Below are positions 26,737 to 36,176 of a stretch of DNA of 43,633 nt, in pieces (positions within the stretch are counted from its first letter, which is position 1; each line of letters opens with the position of its first letter). The notes beneath the pieces were generated by a model. It was not told the origin of the DNA. It made no database searches and was given only the letters and a program-made list of their open reading frames with translations. Position numbers and translations under genes: made by a program. The stretch lies in contig DASRGZ010000164.1 of assembly GCA_035650735.1 (NCBI GenBank), positions 1 to 43,633 of the forward strand. Reading direction: 5' to 3'. The DNA comes from Chthonomonadaceae bacterium (GTDB taxonomy: Bacteria; Armatimonadota; Chthonomonadetes; Chthonomonadales; Chthonomonadaceae).

Positions 26737-29700
26737 GTGAAGGCGCGGTTGGTGCGGCAAGCGCAGGAGGATCGTGTGCGTCCCCCACTGACGCTGGTGT
26801 TGGGGCCGGCGGGGGCAGGCAAGACCGAGTGGACGATGGTGCGTTTCCTGGAGGGAAACGGACGTGCCCTCCTGGTCGTCTCCTCGCCGGATCAGGCCGA
26901 GACGTTCGCGGCCCAGATCGCCGAACGCGCGGGCCTTGTCGCCGCCGATGTACGCGGCGCCATCTATGCCTTTCCCGCACTGGTGGCCGAGATCGCCAAA
27001 TCCGCCCGCGACGATGGATTCCGCACCATCGGGCGGGCGCTGCAGCGGCTGATCCTGGCCGACCTGCTGCCGCGAACGCTGCGCGTTGACGATTTCCTGG
27101 GCCGAATGCTCCAGGCGCCCGGCTTTGTCGGCGCGCTGGCCGAGCGCATCCGCGAGTGGAAGCTGGCGCATATCACCCCGGAGGCGCTGGAAGCGGGCGC
27201 AGAAGCCGCCTCCGATCTCCTCGACGACCCCAATTTCCCCGTCAAAGTTAGGGAGTTCGCCCGCCTGTTCCGCGCCTATGAAACCTTCTTGGCGCAGAAC
27301 CGCCTGCGCGATGAGGAGGATCGGCTGCGGCTCGCCGCCGAGATCACCGCCGCCAACACGGCCCCGCTGCCGCGCAACGCCAACCTTCTGCTGGTGGACG
27401 GCTTCTACCGCTTTAACCCGGCGCAGCGCCATCTGCTGGCGGCCATCGCCGGACGCGGCCTGGCCTTAGACAAGCCGGAGGTTACGGTCGCCGTCACCCT
27501 GCCCTACGACGCCGCACGTCCCCTGCTCTTTGCCGCTCCGGAGCGCACGCTGCAAACGCTGCGTGCCGAGTTTGACACGCGCGAGGTCGCGCTGCCGCCG
27601 CGCCCGGATGTCCGCCCACCTGCGCTCGCCGCGCTGGAGGCCCGCCTTTTTGTGCCCGGCGCAGGGAGGGAAGCCGAAGACGGGACGGCTGAGACGCCTC
27701 CAGAGCGCGTGCCGGACGCTTCGCCGCTGCTCCTCTTCGATGCGCCCAACCCTTACGTCGAGGCGGAAATGGTTGCGCGGGAGTTTCGCCGCCTGCATGA
27801 CAGCGGCGGGCTGGAGTGGAGCGACTGCGCCATCATCCTGCGCACGATGGGCGATTACGCGCCCATCCTCTCCGCCGTGTTCGAGCGCTACGGTATTCCG
27901 CTCGGCGTGGACGGGCCGGAGGTCCTGGCGGAGAACCCGCTGATCAAGACGCTGCTGCACTTCTTCGCGGTCGTGCGGCACGGCTGGCGGCGGGAGGACG
28001 TGATCGCGTTCCTCAAGTCCGGCTATACGGCGCCCTCCAAGCTGGCCGCCGATGCCCTGCGCCGCCGCGCGCAGGTGGCCTGCGTGCGCGAAGGGCGCGA
28101 CCGCTGGCTGGCGCTGGCGCAGGATGGGGATGCGGACAAGGAAGGCTCCCTTGCCGGGACGCTGCGCGAGATGGCGCGCTGCGAAGACCTGCTCACGCAA
28201 AGCCCAGACAGTCCGCTGGCGTTTGCCGACCTGGTGCGGGAGACGCTGCAAACGTTCGGGTTGGAGGAGCGCATCGCCACCGGCGACCCGGTGCGGCAGA
28301 AGCGGGATCGGGTCGCCATCAGTGAGGCTCTGGAGGTGATGCAGGCGGTCGCGTACATGGCCGAGCTTGCCGGGCGCTCCCGGGTGACGTTCGCGCAGTT
28401 CCATGAGGAGTTGCTGGCCGCCTGGCAGACCGCCTCCGCCATCGCGCCGATGGAGGGCAACGTCGTGCGCGTCGCCGAGCCTTACGCTGCCCGAGAGCGT
28501 CCGCTCCAGGTCGCCGCCGTGATGGGCCTGACGGAGCGCGTCTTCCCGCGCCGCATCACCGAAGACCCGTTCCTGCGCGACGAGGAGCGCGCCGCGCTGC
28601 GCCGGGTGGCGAGGCTGGACCTGGAAGAGCAGCGTGGCCGCGCCGACGACGAGCGTTTCTTTTTCTATCTGGCCGTCACCGCGCCCTCCCGACACCTAAT
28701 TCTCTCCTTCCCCCGCTCCTCCGACGAGGCGGATACGCTGCCCTCGTTCTATCTCGACGAGGTGCGGGCCGTCTTTGCCGGAGGGGGAGAGAGCGCGCTG
28801 CGAACGGTATCGCGCACGCTCGCCGACGTCGCGCCCCGACCGGAGGAGGTCGTCTGCGCGGCGGACCGGCTGCTGGCGGCGTGCGCCGGGCTGTTCGATC
28901 CCGGCGCGGACTCCGATACGGAGGAGCGTGCGCGTCGGATGCGGCAGGCGGCGGCGCTGATGGAGGAGTGCCTGCAAACCGGGGATCGGGCGGAGGTGCG
29001 GGCCGTGGTCGCCGCGCGCGCTCTGCCGCGCCTGCCGCGCCTGGAAGCGCCGGACGTGCGAGAGGATTTTTGCGGGCGCAAGCCCGTCTTCGGTGTCTCC
29101 GAGCTGGAGACCTACCGCCGCTGCCCTCTCCAATACCTGCTGCGCCACGTCCTGCGGCTGCGCCCGGAGGAGGATGGAGCCCATCTGCGCGCGCAGGGAA
29201 CGCTGCTGCACGCCATTCTGCGCCGCTATTTTCGCCGTCGCCGCGCCGCCGCGCGCAAGGCCAACGCGGAGGGGACGCTGCCCTGCCCGGATGCGGAGAC
29301 GCTGCGCTCCGAGCTGCACGCGCTGCTGTCGGAGACGCTGCAAAAGGCCGCGCTGGACGCCAGCCCACATCGCCTGCGTATCCTGGAGCGTCTGCTGGCC
29401 GACGCGCTGGCCGGGTTTGCCGTGCGTGAGGCGCGGTTTGCGCCGCAGTTGGGGCTGCAACCGGCGCATTTTGAGCTGGCGTTCGGGTTAAGCGAGGCGG
29501 AAGGCGCGCTGCTGGAAGAGGAGGAACGGGAACTAGAAGGGGTGCCGGGGCCGGAGGGCGCGCTGCCGCGCATCTACGACCCGGCTTCCTGCCCGGAACC
29601 GCTGCGCCTGGAGGCCAGGGACGGCGGCCCCTCCATCGCCATCTGCGGCACGATAGACCGGGTGGACTGCGACGCGGCGGGCTGCCGCGCGCTGGTGCTG

Positions 29701-30120
29701 GACTATAAGCTGGGCAAGTCGGTGGATTTCAGCGCCATGCAGCGGGGCGAGAGCCTGCAAATGCCGCTCTACCTGCTGGCGGTGGAGCGGCTGTTCGGTC
29801 TGGCGGGCGCCGCCGCCTGTTACGATTCCATGCGCGAGCCGGGACGCCGCCGCTTCTTCCGCACCGAGCACGTCAACCTGCGCCAGTTCGCGCCGATCAC
29901 GCCTCTGGAGGATGGCACGACGGTCAAGCCGCTCAATCGGGATCAGTTCGCGGAATTGACCAAGACGGCGGAAACGACGGCGATCCAGGTCGCGCGCTCC
30001 ATCGCGGCAGGTCGAGTTGAGGCGACGCCCGGCGAGCACTGCGCCGCCTGCCCCTATGGCGACATCTGCCGTACGACCCTGACGGGCGGCCACGACGGCG
30101 AGCGCCCGACCCTCGTTTGA
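26737..30120 (+). CDS. addB: AddB-like helicase/nuclease subunit (PD-(D/E)XK nuclease, Fe-S staple)
   Basis: N-terminal GPAGAGKT; CPLQY; GTIDRVD..LDYK..Q..LY nuclease motifs; CAACPYGDIC. Confidence 0.8.
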   Translation: MKARLVRQAQEDRVRPPLTLVLGPAGAGKTEWTMVRFLEGNGRALLVVSSPDQAETFAAQIAERAGLVAADVRGAIYAFPALVAEIAKSARDDGFRTIGRALQRLILADLLPRTLRVDDFLGRMLQAPGFVGALAERIREWKLAHITPEALEAGAEAASDLLDDPNFPVKVREFARLFRAYETFLAQNRLRDEEDRLRLAAEITAANTAPLPRNANLLLVDGFYRFNPAQRHLLAAIAGRGLALDKPEVTVAVTLPYDAARPLLFAAPERTLQTLRAEFDTREVALPPRPDVRPPALAALEARLFVPGAGREAEDGTAETPPERVPDASPLLLFDAPNPYVEAEMVAREFRRLHDSGGLEWSDCAIILRTMGDYAPILSAVFERYGIPLGVDGPEVLAENPLIKTLLHFFAVVRHGWRREDVIAFLKSGYTAPSKLAADALRRRAQVACVREGRDRWLALAQDGDADKEGSLAGTLREMARCEDLLTQSPDSPLAFADLVRETLQTFGLEERIATGDPVRQKRDRVAISEALEVMQAVAYMAELAGRSRVTFAQFHEELLAAWQTASAIAPMEGNVVRVAEPYAARERPLQVAAVMGLTERVFPRRITEDPFLRDEERAALRRVARLDLEEQRGRADDERFFFYLAVTAPSRHLILSFPRSSDEADTLPSFYLDEVRAVFAGGGESALRTVSRTLADVAPRPEEVVCAADRLLAACAGLFDPGADSDTEERARRMRQAAALMEECLQTGDRAEVRAVVAARALPRLPRLEAPDVREDFCGRKPVFGVSELETYRRCPLQYLLRHVLRLRPEEDGAHLRAQGTLLHAILRRYFRRRRAAARKANAEGTLPCPDAETLRSELHALLSETLQKAALDASPHRLRILERLLADALAGFAVREARFAPQLGLQPAHFELAFGLSEAEGALLEEEERELEGVPGPEGALPRIYDPASCPEPLRLEARDGGPSIAICGTIDRVDCDAAGCRALVLDYKLGKSVDFSAMQRGESLQMPLYLLAVERLFGLAGAAACYDSMREPGRRRFFRTEHVNLRQFAPITPLEDGTTVKPLNRDQFAELTKTAETTAIQVARSIAAGRVEATPGEHCAACPYGDICRTTLTGGHDGERPTLV

Positions 30121-30145
30121 CAATTTCCAGGGGGCATGGTATAGT
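30117..30145 (+). promoter_or_regulatory. sigma70-type promoter
   Basis: TTGACA, 17-nt spacer, TATAGT with an extended TG. Confidence 0.65.
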
Positions 30146-30212
30146 GGCAATAGCAACCGCGCCACAATGGTTGCCGGGGTGGAACTTTTCGTCCGGCTTG
30201 CCGATACCAATA

Positions 30213-30353
30213 AGTGGCACCTCCGGCAAGTTCTCTGCCCTTTCGTTGAGGAGTATTTTCCCGCCCACGCAGGTGGGCGGCTGGCCGTAGGCCCCACAGC
30301 GGCAGGGTTTAGCCTGCCGCATAAAGGATGGCAGACTTACCGGAGGCACCAAT
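30213..30353. repeat. TIR-bounded element carrying REP modules (copy A)
   Basis: AGTGGCACCTCCGG...CCGGAGGCACCAAT ends, shared with 35896-36144. Confidence 0.7.
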
Positions 30354-30470
30354 TAAGTAGAGGCTACCCATCCACTGCCGTCCGCGAATGCGCGGTGACT
30401 TGCATTGCGTTGGACACGAAGTCGCAGGACATGATGGGATAGCCGGGCATCGGAACGGGGAGGCAAGGCC

Positions 30471-31340
30471 ATGAAGTGCCCGCGTTGTTCTGCGGAGATT
30501 CCGACACAATCGCAGTTCTGCCTGCGCTGCGGCACGCCGATCCACGGGACGGCGGTCAATCCAAGCGGGGTGTCGTCACCGAATCTGATAGCGCCACGCC
30601 CGAATAACCGGCCCTACCTCATCGCCGGAGCGGTGCTGCTGGCCCTGCTCGCCGGTGGAGTAGGGGCGCTCGTCGTGCGCGGCAGTATGGTCCAGAAGCC
30701 CGCGCAGTCGAGCACCAGCACGCTGGTTCAGGCGCCCGGCCAGAGCAGCACCAGCACCCTCGTTCAAGCCCCTGCCGAGTCCGAGCCTACCAAAGTCGTC
30801 CAGGCTCCCACCGAAACTGCGCCTACCCCCGCCGATGTTGTGGATTACCTGGCCTTTCTGAAGCGGATTGAGGCGAGCAAGCAGGCGCTCATCCGCAAGC
30901 AGATGGGCGATGCCCTGGCGCTGCTGGCACAGGCAAAAGCGCTTTCTGCCTCTATAGACGAGAACGATTATAACAACACGGTCAACAACTTCAACAAGGG
31001 CACGAGCTATAACGCCGATGAGTGGAACCAGTTGACCGCCGCGTTCCAGCAGCGCACGCCGCCCCCAAGCTGCCAGGACCTGCACAACAAGTATTACGAT
31101 CAATTAGGCAAAGTCCAGGCCGCTATGGTCGAAATCAACGATGCCTTCAGCAAGATACAGAGCGATCCGCAAACCGCGCTGCATGAGTTGACGCAGATGC
31201 AGGGCAAGGTTTCAGCGGAGATAGATGAAGCTGTCATGAAGGCCGATGACGCCCTAGCGGAAGTCTGTGCTAAATACAAGTTACGGAAAGACTTCGACAT
31301 CAAGGGTGACTCTTCCAGTGGAGCCAGTCTGTTCCGTTAA
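30471..31340 (+). CDS. Zinc-ribbon, single-TM protein with a 12-aa repeat linker and helical C-terminal domain
   Basis: MKCPRC...FCLRCG; TM helix; VQxP repeats; GGAGG RBS. Confidence 0.8.
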   Translation: MKCPRCSAEIPTQSQFCLRCGTPIHGTAVNPSGVSSPNLIAPRPNNRPYLIAGAVLLALLAGGVGALVVRGSMVQKPAQSSTSTLVQAPGQSSTSTLVQAPAESEPTKVVQAPTETAPTPADVVDYLAFLKRIEASKQALIRKQMGDALALLAQAKALSASIDENDYNNTVNNFNKGTSYNADEWNQLTAAFQQRTPPPSCQDLHNKYYDQLGKVQAAMVEINDAFSKIQSDPQTALHELTQMQGKVSAEIDEAVMKADDALAEVCAKYKLRKDFDIKGDSSSGASLFR

Positions 31341-31618
31341 AAATGCGCGGACTAGGTTGAATGCCCCCAAGCCTGCGGCGAACATTCTTGCAATGTTTGG
31401 GGAAAGGGAGTATGCTGCAAACACCGTTTGAGGCGAAGGATTGCGCCGCCTCCGCCTCAAATTGTCGTGGGAACATAGCCCACTCCTTTCCGGGGCCGGA
31501 GAGCGTTCGCCCGCCACAGTTGAGATCCGGCGGGCTTGCGCCCTTCGGCCTCATTGGTTTAGTGGCGTATTAGCCACATAAGAAGTATAGCAAGTTTTGC
31601 TCGCTTGAGTAAAGAGCA

Positions 31619-31651
31619 GGCGAGGCTCAGGAGAATTTCCTGGGCCTCGCC
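31619..31651. terminator. Strong hairpin between convergent genes
   Basis: GGCGAGGCTCAGGA..TCCTGGGCCTCGCC; no clear U-tract. Confidence 0.45.
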
Positions 31652-31691
31652 GAGCGATCCGGACTATCTTACATGAAGTTGGGAGGTTAGG

Positions 31692-32168
31692 TCAGTCCCT
31701 CTTGAGCATGTCGGTATAGATACCGGGGACGCTCTCAGGAATGACGGTCGCGCCGCAGGCTTTCTCATAAAAGGCGACCGGCCCGGCCCCGCCGATGATG
31801 CCGTAGGCATAGCCCATCTCTCGCATCCCCCACAGGCACGCCAGCAGCAGCGCCTTGCCAGTGCCCAATCCCCGCTCCTCTTCCACTACCCCGGTCGGCC
31901 CGAAGAAATTGGGCCGCGTAGCCTCGTACGCTCCGAAGCCGATCACCTTTCCGTTCCGAATGGCGATATAGAGGCTGATGGGCTGACGGCTGTAGCAGGG
32001 CGTCACCTCGTCGGCCCAGCCGGTGCCGAAATGCGCCTGGATAAACTCGCGTATGGGCGTGATCTCGAAGGGGTGGGCGCGGCGTATGATGACACCTCTG
32101 GCACGCAGGTCGGCGATCAGGGGTTCGGCAGGCGGCAGCTTGAGCAGGTCAACAAGCATATCAGGCAT
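31692..32168 (-). CDS. GNAT N-acetyltransferase
   Basis: FGPTGV..ERGLGTG acetyl-CoA motif A and FYEK. Confidence 0.9.
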   Translation of the reverse strand: MPDMLVDLLKLPPAEPLIADLRARGVIIRRAHPFEITPIREFIQAHFGTGWADEVTPCYSRQPISLYIAIRNGKVIGFGAYEATRPNFFGPTGVVEEERGLGTGKALLLACLWGMREMGYAYGIIGGAGPVAFYEKACGATVIPESVPGIYTDMLKRD

Positions 32169-32337
32169 GGGTAGGATCTCCTCATAAATTGGCAGAGACG
32201 CACGCGGCTTCTGGCTTTCTTACGCTAGATCAGCCTCAACTTCTACGCCGCACGTCTTATTCCCTGCGTGCGGACGAGGACTAAAAGAGGAGGGAAGCCA
32301 GGCAAAAATACCGAACATAGGCATGGAGGAGTTATGT

Positions 32338-34908
32338 ATGCCTACAGTTCATGCCTTTCACGTCGTCCCGGCGCTGCCCGAGTCGCTAGGCTGCCTGCGC
32401 GCGCTCGCCTATAACCTGCGCTGGGCCTGGGACCACGATACGATAGAGCTTTTCCGCCGTCTGGATCGTAACCTCTGGGAGCAGAGCGGCCACAACCCGG
32501 TGCGGATGCTGGGCACCATCGCCCAGGACCGCCTCCGCGACGCCGCCCAGGACGAAACCTTTGTCGCCCAGATGGATCAGGTCTGCCGCAGCGTGGATAA
32601 CTACATGCACACGGCCAACACCTGGTGCCGCACGGCGCATCCGAAGGCCCTGCGTCAGGGCCTCTCCATCGCCTACTTCTCGATGGAGTTCGGCATCACC
32701 GAATGCCTTCCCATCTACTCCGGGGGCCTGGGGGTGCTGGCCGGCGACCATCTCAAATCCTCCAGCGACCTGGGCTTGCCGCTGGTGGGCATCGGCCTGC
32801 TCTACCAGCAGGGCTACTTTCGTCAATACCTCAATAACGACGGCTGGCAGCAAGAACGCTATCCCGAAAACGACTTCTATAACATGCCCCTGCAACTAGA
32901 GCACGACGCCGCCAGCAAGCCCCTCTATATCTGCGTGGAGTTTCCGGGGCGCACGGTCTACGCGCAGGTCTGGCGGGCGCAGGTGGGCCGCGTTCCTCTC
33001 TACCTGCTCGATACCAACATTCCGCTCAACAGCCCCATCGATCAGAACATCACCGACCAGCTCTACGGCGGCGACCAGGAGATGCGCCTACAACAGGAGA
33101 TTGTCCTGGGCATCGGCGGGATGCGGGCCCTGGCGCAGTTGGGCATCAAGCCGAGCATCTGCCACATGAACGAGGGCCACTCGGCCTTTCTGGCCCTGGA
33201 ACGCGCCCGTATGCTCATGCAGGAGAAGAACGTCGGCTTCGCCGAGGCGCAGGAGGCGGCGGCGGCAGGTAATCTCTTCACCACGCACACCCCCGTTCCC
33301 GCCGGGTTCGACATCTTCCCCGCCGACCTGCTGGGCCGGTATCTGGGCGCCTATGCCGAGCAGTTGGGGCTCTCGTTCCAGGAGTTCATGGGGCTGGGAC
33401 GCGTCAACCGGGAGGATATGGGCGAGCAGTTCAACATGGCCGTGCTGGCCCTGCGCAACGCCCACCACACCAACGGCGTCAGCCGCCTGCACGCGCAGGT
33501 GACGCGGCGCATGGTGCAGTCCCGCTATGGCGCCTTTCGGGAAGAGGAGATCCCTATCACCAGCGTTACCAACGGCATCCATATTCGCTCTTTTATCTCT
33601 GAGGAGATGGCCGGCCTGCTCGACCGGTATCTAGGCGGACGCTGGGCGCAAGATTCACGCAACCCGGCCGTCTGGGCACGCGTGGACGAGATACCTGACG
33701 AAGAGCTCTGGCGCGTGCGCGAGTTCCGCCGGGAACGGCTTATCAACTTTGCCCGTCATCGGCTGCGCCGGCAGTTCGAGCAGCGCGGCCTGGGCGAATT
33801 TGAGATCCGGCAAGCGCGCGAGGTGCTCAACCCGGAGGCGCTGACCATCGGCTTTGCGCGCCGCTTCGCCACCTACAAGCGCGCGACCCTGATCCTGTCG
33901 GACCCGGAGCGCCTGACCCGCATATTGACCGACCCGCAGCGGCCCGTGCAGATCGTCATCGCGGGCAAGGCCCATCCCCGCGATGACGGCGGCAAGGAGC
34001 TAATCCGCCAGATCATCCACTTCGCGCGGCGGGAAGAGGTGCGTAACCGCATCGTCTTCCTGGAAGACTATGACCTGACGCTGGCGCGGCATATGGTGCA
34101 GGGGGTGGATGTGTGGCTGAACACGCCGCGCCGCCTGATGGAGGCCAGCGGCACCAGCGGCATGAAGGTGCTCGCCAACGGCGGCCTGAATTTCTCCGTC
34201 CTGGATGGGTGGTGGGCGGAAGCCTACGACCCGCGCGTCGGCTGGGCCATCGGTCGGGGGGAAGAGTACGGCGATCCCGACTATCAGGATCGCGTGGAGG
34301 CGCAATCGCTCTACGATACCCTGGAAAAGGAGATCGTGCCGCTGTTCTACGACCGCAGCACGGAGGGCCTGCCGCGCGCCTGGATTGCCCGCATTAAGAA
34401 CTCCATGCGCCAGCTCTGCCCGGAATTCAACACGCACCGCATGGTTTCCGAATATGCCGAGCGCTTCTATATTCCCCAAACGCAGCGCTACCGCCGGTTG
34501 ACGGCCAATAACTTACGCCGTGCCCAGGCGCTGGTGGAGTGGAAACAGAAGGTACGCGCGCAGTGGCCGCAGGTGCGCGTGGAGCGGGTGGAAATGCAAA
34601 AACCGGACGAAGAGGCGAACGTGAAGGTTGGCGAGTCGGTGCAGGTGCGCGCCAGCGTGCGCCTGGGCGAGTTGACGCCCGCCGACGTGATCGTACAGGC
34701 ATATCACGGCCCGCTGGATATCAACCACCAGGTCACCCACGGCACGCCGGTAGCGCTGACCTGGAAAGAGCAGGCCGACGGCGTGCATCTGTATGAAGGC
34801 AGCGTGCCCTGCGATACCAGCGGGCATCAGGGCTTCTCGGTGCGCGTCCTGCCGGCGCATCCGGATGCCGCGCTGCCCCAGGAACTCGCCCTCATTACGT
34901 GGGAGTAG
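32338..34908 (+). CDS. glgP: Alpha-glucan (glycogen) phosphorylase
   Basis: YSGGLGVLAGDH, NEGH, ARRFATYKR and EASGTSGMK (PLP lysine). Confidence 0.96.
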   Translation: MPTVHAFHVVPALPESLGCLRALAYNLRWAWDHDTIELFRRLDRNLWEQSGHNPVRMLGTIAQDRLRDAAQDETFVAQMDQVCRSVDNYMHTANTWCRTAHPKALRQGLSIAYFSMEFGITECLPIYSGGLGVLAGDHLKSSSDLGLPLVGIGLLYQQGYFRQYLNNDGWQQERYPENDFYNMPLQLEHDAASKPLYICVEFPGRTVYAQVWRAQVGRVPLYLLDTNIPLNSPIDQNITDQLYGGDQEMRLQQEIVLGIGGMRALAQLGIKPSICHMNEGHSAFLALERARMLMQEKNVGFAEAQEAAAAGNLFTTHTPVPAGFDIFPADLLGRYLGAYAEQLGLSFQEFMGLGRVNREDMGEQFNMAVLALRNAHHTNGVSRLHAQVTRRMVQSRYGAFREEEIPITSVTNGIHIRSFISEEMAGLLDRYLGGRWAQDSRNPAVWARVDEIPDEELWRVREFRRERLINFARHRLRRQFEQRGLGEFEIRQAREVLNPEALTIGFARRFATYKRATLILSDPERLTRILTDPQRPVQIVIAGKAHPRDDGGKELIRQIIHFARREEVRNRIVFLEDYDLTLARHMVQGVDVWLNTPRRLMEASGTSGMKVLANGGLNFSVLDGWWAEAYDPRVGWAIGRGEEYGDPDYQDRVEAQSLYDTLEKEIVPLFYDRSTEGLPRAWIARIKNSMRQLCPEFNTHRMVSEYAERFYIPQTQRYRRLTANNLRRAQALVEWKQKVRAQWPQVRVERVEMQKPDEEANVKVGESVQVRASVRLGELTPADVIVQAYHGPLDINHQVTHGTPVALTWKEQADGVHLYEGSVPCDTSGHQGFSVRVLPAHPDAALPQELALITWE

Positions 34909-34935
34909 CTCAAGGCCGTTCCGTTTTTCTATGCG

Positions 34936-35076
34936 GCCCTCACCCCCTGTCCCCCTCTTCCAATTTTAGGTGAGGGACTAGACCTCACCCCCAACCCCTC
35001 TCCTTGCGAAGGAGAGGGGAGAGGAAAAGCCGGGTCACCCCCTTCCCTATGAGGGAAGGGGGCCGAGGGGTTAGGT
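34936..35076. repeat. CCCTCACCCC..CCCCTCTCC..GGAGAGGGG palindrome cluster
   Basis: Several copies; part of it is nearly identical to 3738-3785. Confidence 0.8.
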
Positions 35077-35113
35077 TAAAAGAGGAAGCCCAAAGCACGG
35101 CGACGAAATGTAG

Positions 35114-35896
35114 GTGGCTATGCGTATTTTACTAACGAATGACGATGGTATCCATGCGCCGGGCCTCCACGCGCTCAAGGCGGCGCTCGACACGCTCGGC
35201 GAGGTCTGGATGGTCGCCCCAGATCGCCCGCGCAGCGCGGCAGGGCACGCCATTACGCTGCACAAGCCGCTGCGCATAACCCCCGTGGCCCTGCCCAACG
35301 GCACCACGGGATACGCCACCAACGGCACGCCCACCGACTGCGTAACGCTTGGCTTCGACGTGCTAATGGAAGGCCGCTGCGACCTGGTCGTCTCCGGCAT
35401 CAACGCCGGGCCGAACCTGGGCTGGGATCTGACCTATAGCGGCACGGTCGCCGGGGCGATGGAGGGCGCGGTGCTCAACATTCCTGCGTTTGCCATCTCC
35501 GTCTGCGTTGACTCCGGCACGGTGGACCTTTCGGGCATCGTGGACTTCGGCCCGGCGGCGGCCTTTGCGGTACGCTTGGCCCGCCAGATCACCGCCGACC
35601 CACTCCCGCCCAACACCCTGCTCAACGTCAACGTGCCCGCCGTGCCCGAAAGCCAGCTGCGCGGCGTGGCGATCACCCATCAGGGACGGCGGGAGTACGT
35701 GGATCGCATTGTGGCGCGCGTGGACCCGTCCGGGCGGCCCTACTACTGGCAGGCCGGCAGCATTCGGGAGGAGACGCCCGATCCCGGCTCCGACGTCCAC
35801 GCCATCCTGCAAAACCAGATCTCGGTCACGCCCATTCAACTTGACCTGACCGACTACGCGCTGCGGGAGAGGCTGCGCGGCTGGCAGCTTACCTGA
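35114..35896 (+). CDS. surE: 5'/3'-nucleotidase SurE
   Basis: ILLTNDDG, GTPTDCV, SGINAGPNLG and YSGTV motifs. Confidence 0.96.
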   Translation: MAMRILLTNDDGIHAPGLHALKAALDTLGEVWMVAPDRPRSAAGHAITLHKPLRITPVALPNGTTGYATNGTPTDCVTLGFDVLMEGRCDLVVSGINAGPNLGWDLTYSGTVAGAMEGAVLNIPAFAISVCVDSGTVDLSGIVDFGPAAAFAVRLARQITADPLPPNTLLNVNVPAVPESQLRGVAITHQGRREYVDRIVARVDPSGRPYYWQAGSIREETPDPGSDVHAILQNQISVTPIQLDLTDYALRERLRGWQLT

Positions 35897-36144
35897 GTGG
35901 CACCTCCGGCAAGTTCGCTGTTCTTTAGTAGAGGCGCTTTTCCCGCCCACGCAGGTGGGCTAGGCTTTCTGCCCACGTAGGTGGGCAGCGGGCCTGGCTA
36001 GGCGGAGATCGCCAGGCAGAGCCGCGAACCGTTGAGCGGCGTCCCTGGCAGTCGAGCGAGCGCAGCGCCGACCCTGGCAGCGCCCCACAGCGGCAGGGTT
36101 TAGCCTGCCGCCAAAAGGACGGCAGATATACCGGAGGCGCCACT
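35896..36144. repeat. TIR-bounded element carrying REP modules (copy B, expanded)
   Basis: AGTGGCACCTCCGG...CCGGAGGCGCCACT ends with a larger internal cargo. Confidence 0.7.
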
Positions 36145-36176
36145 TCGCCACTCTCTCGACAGCAAGGATATTTAGC

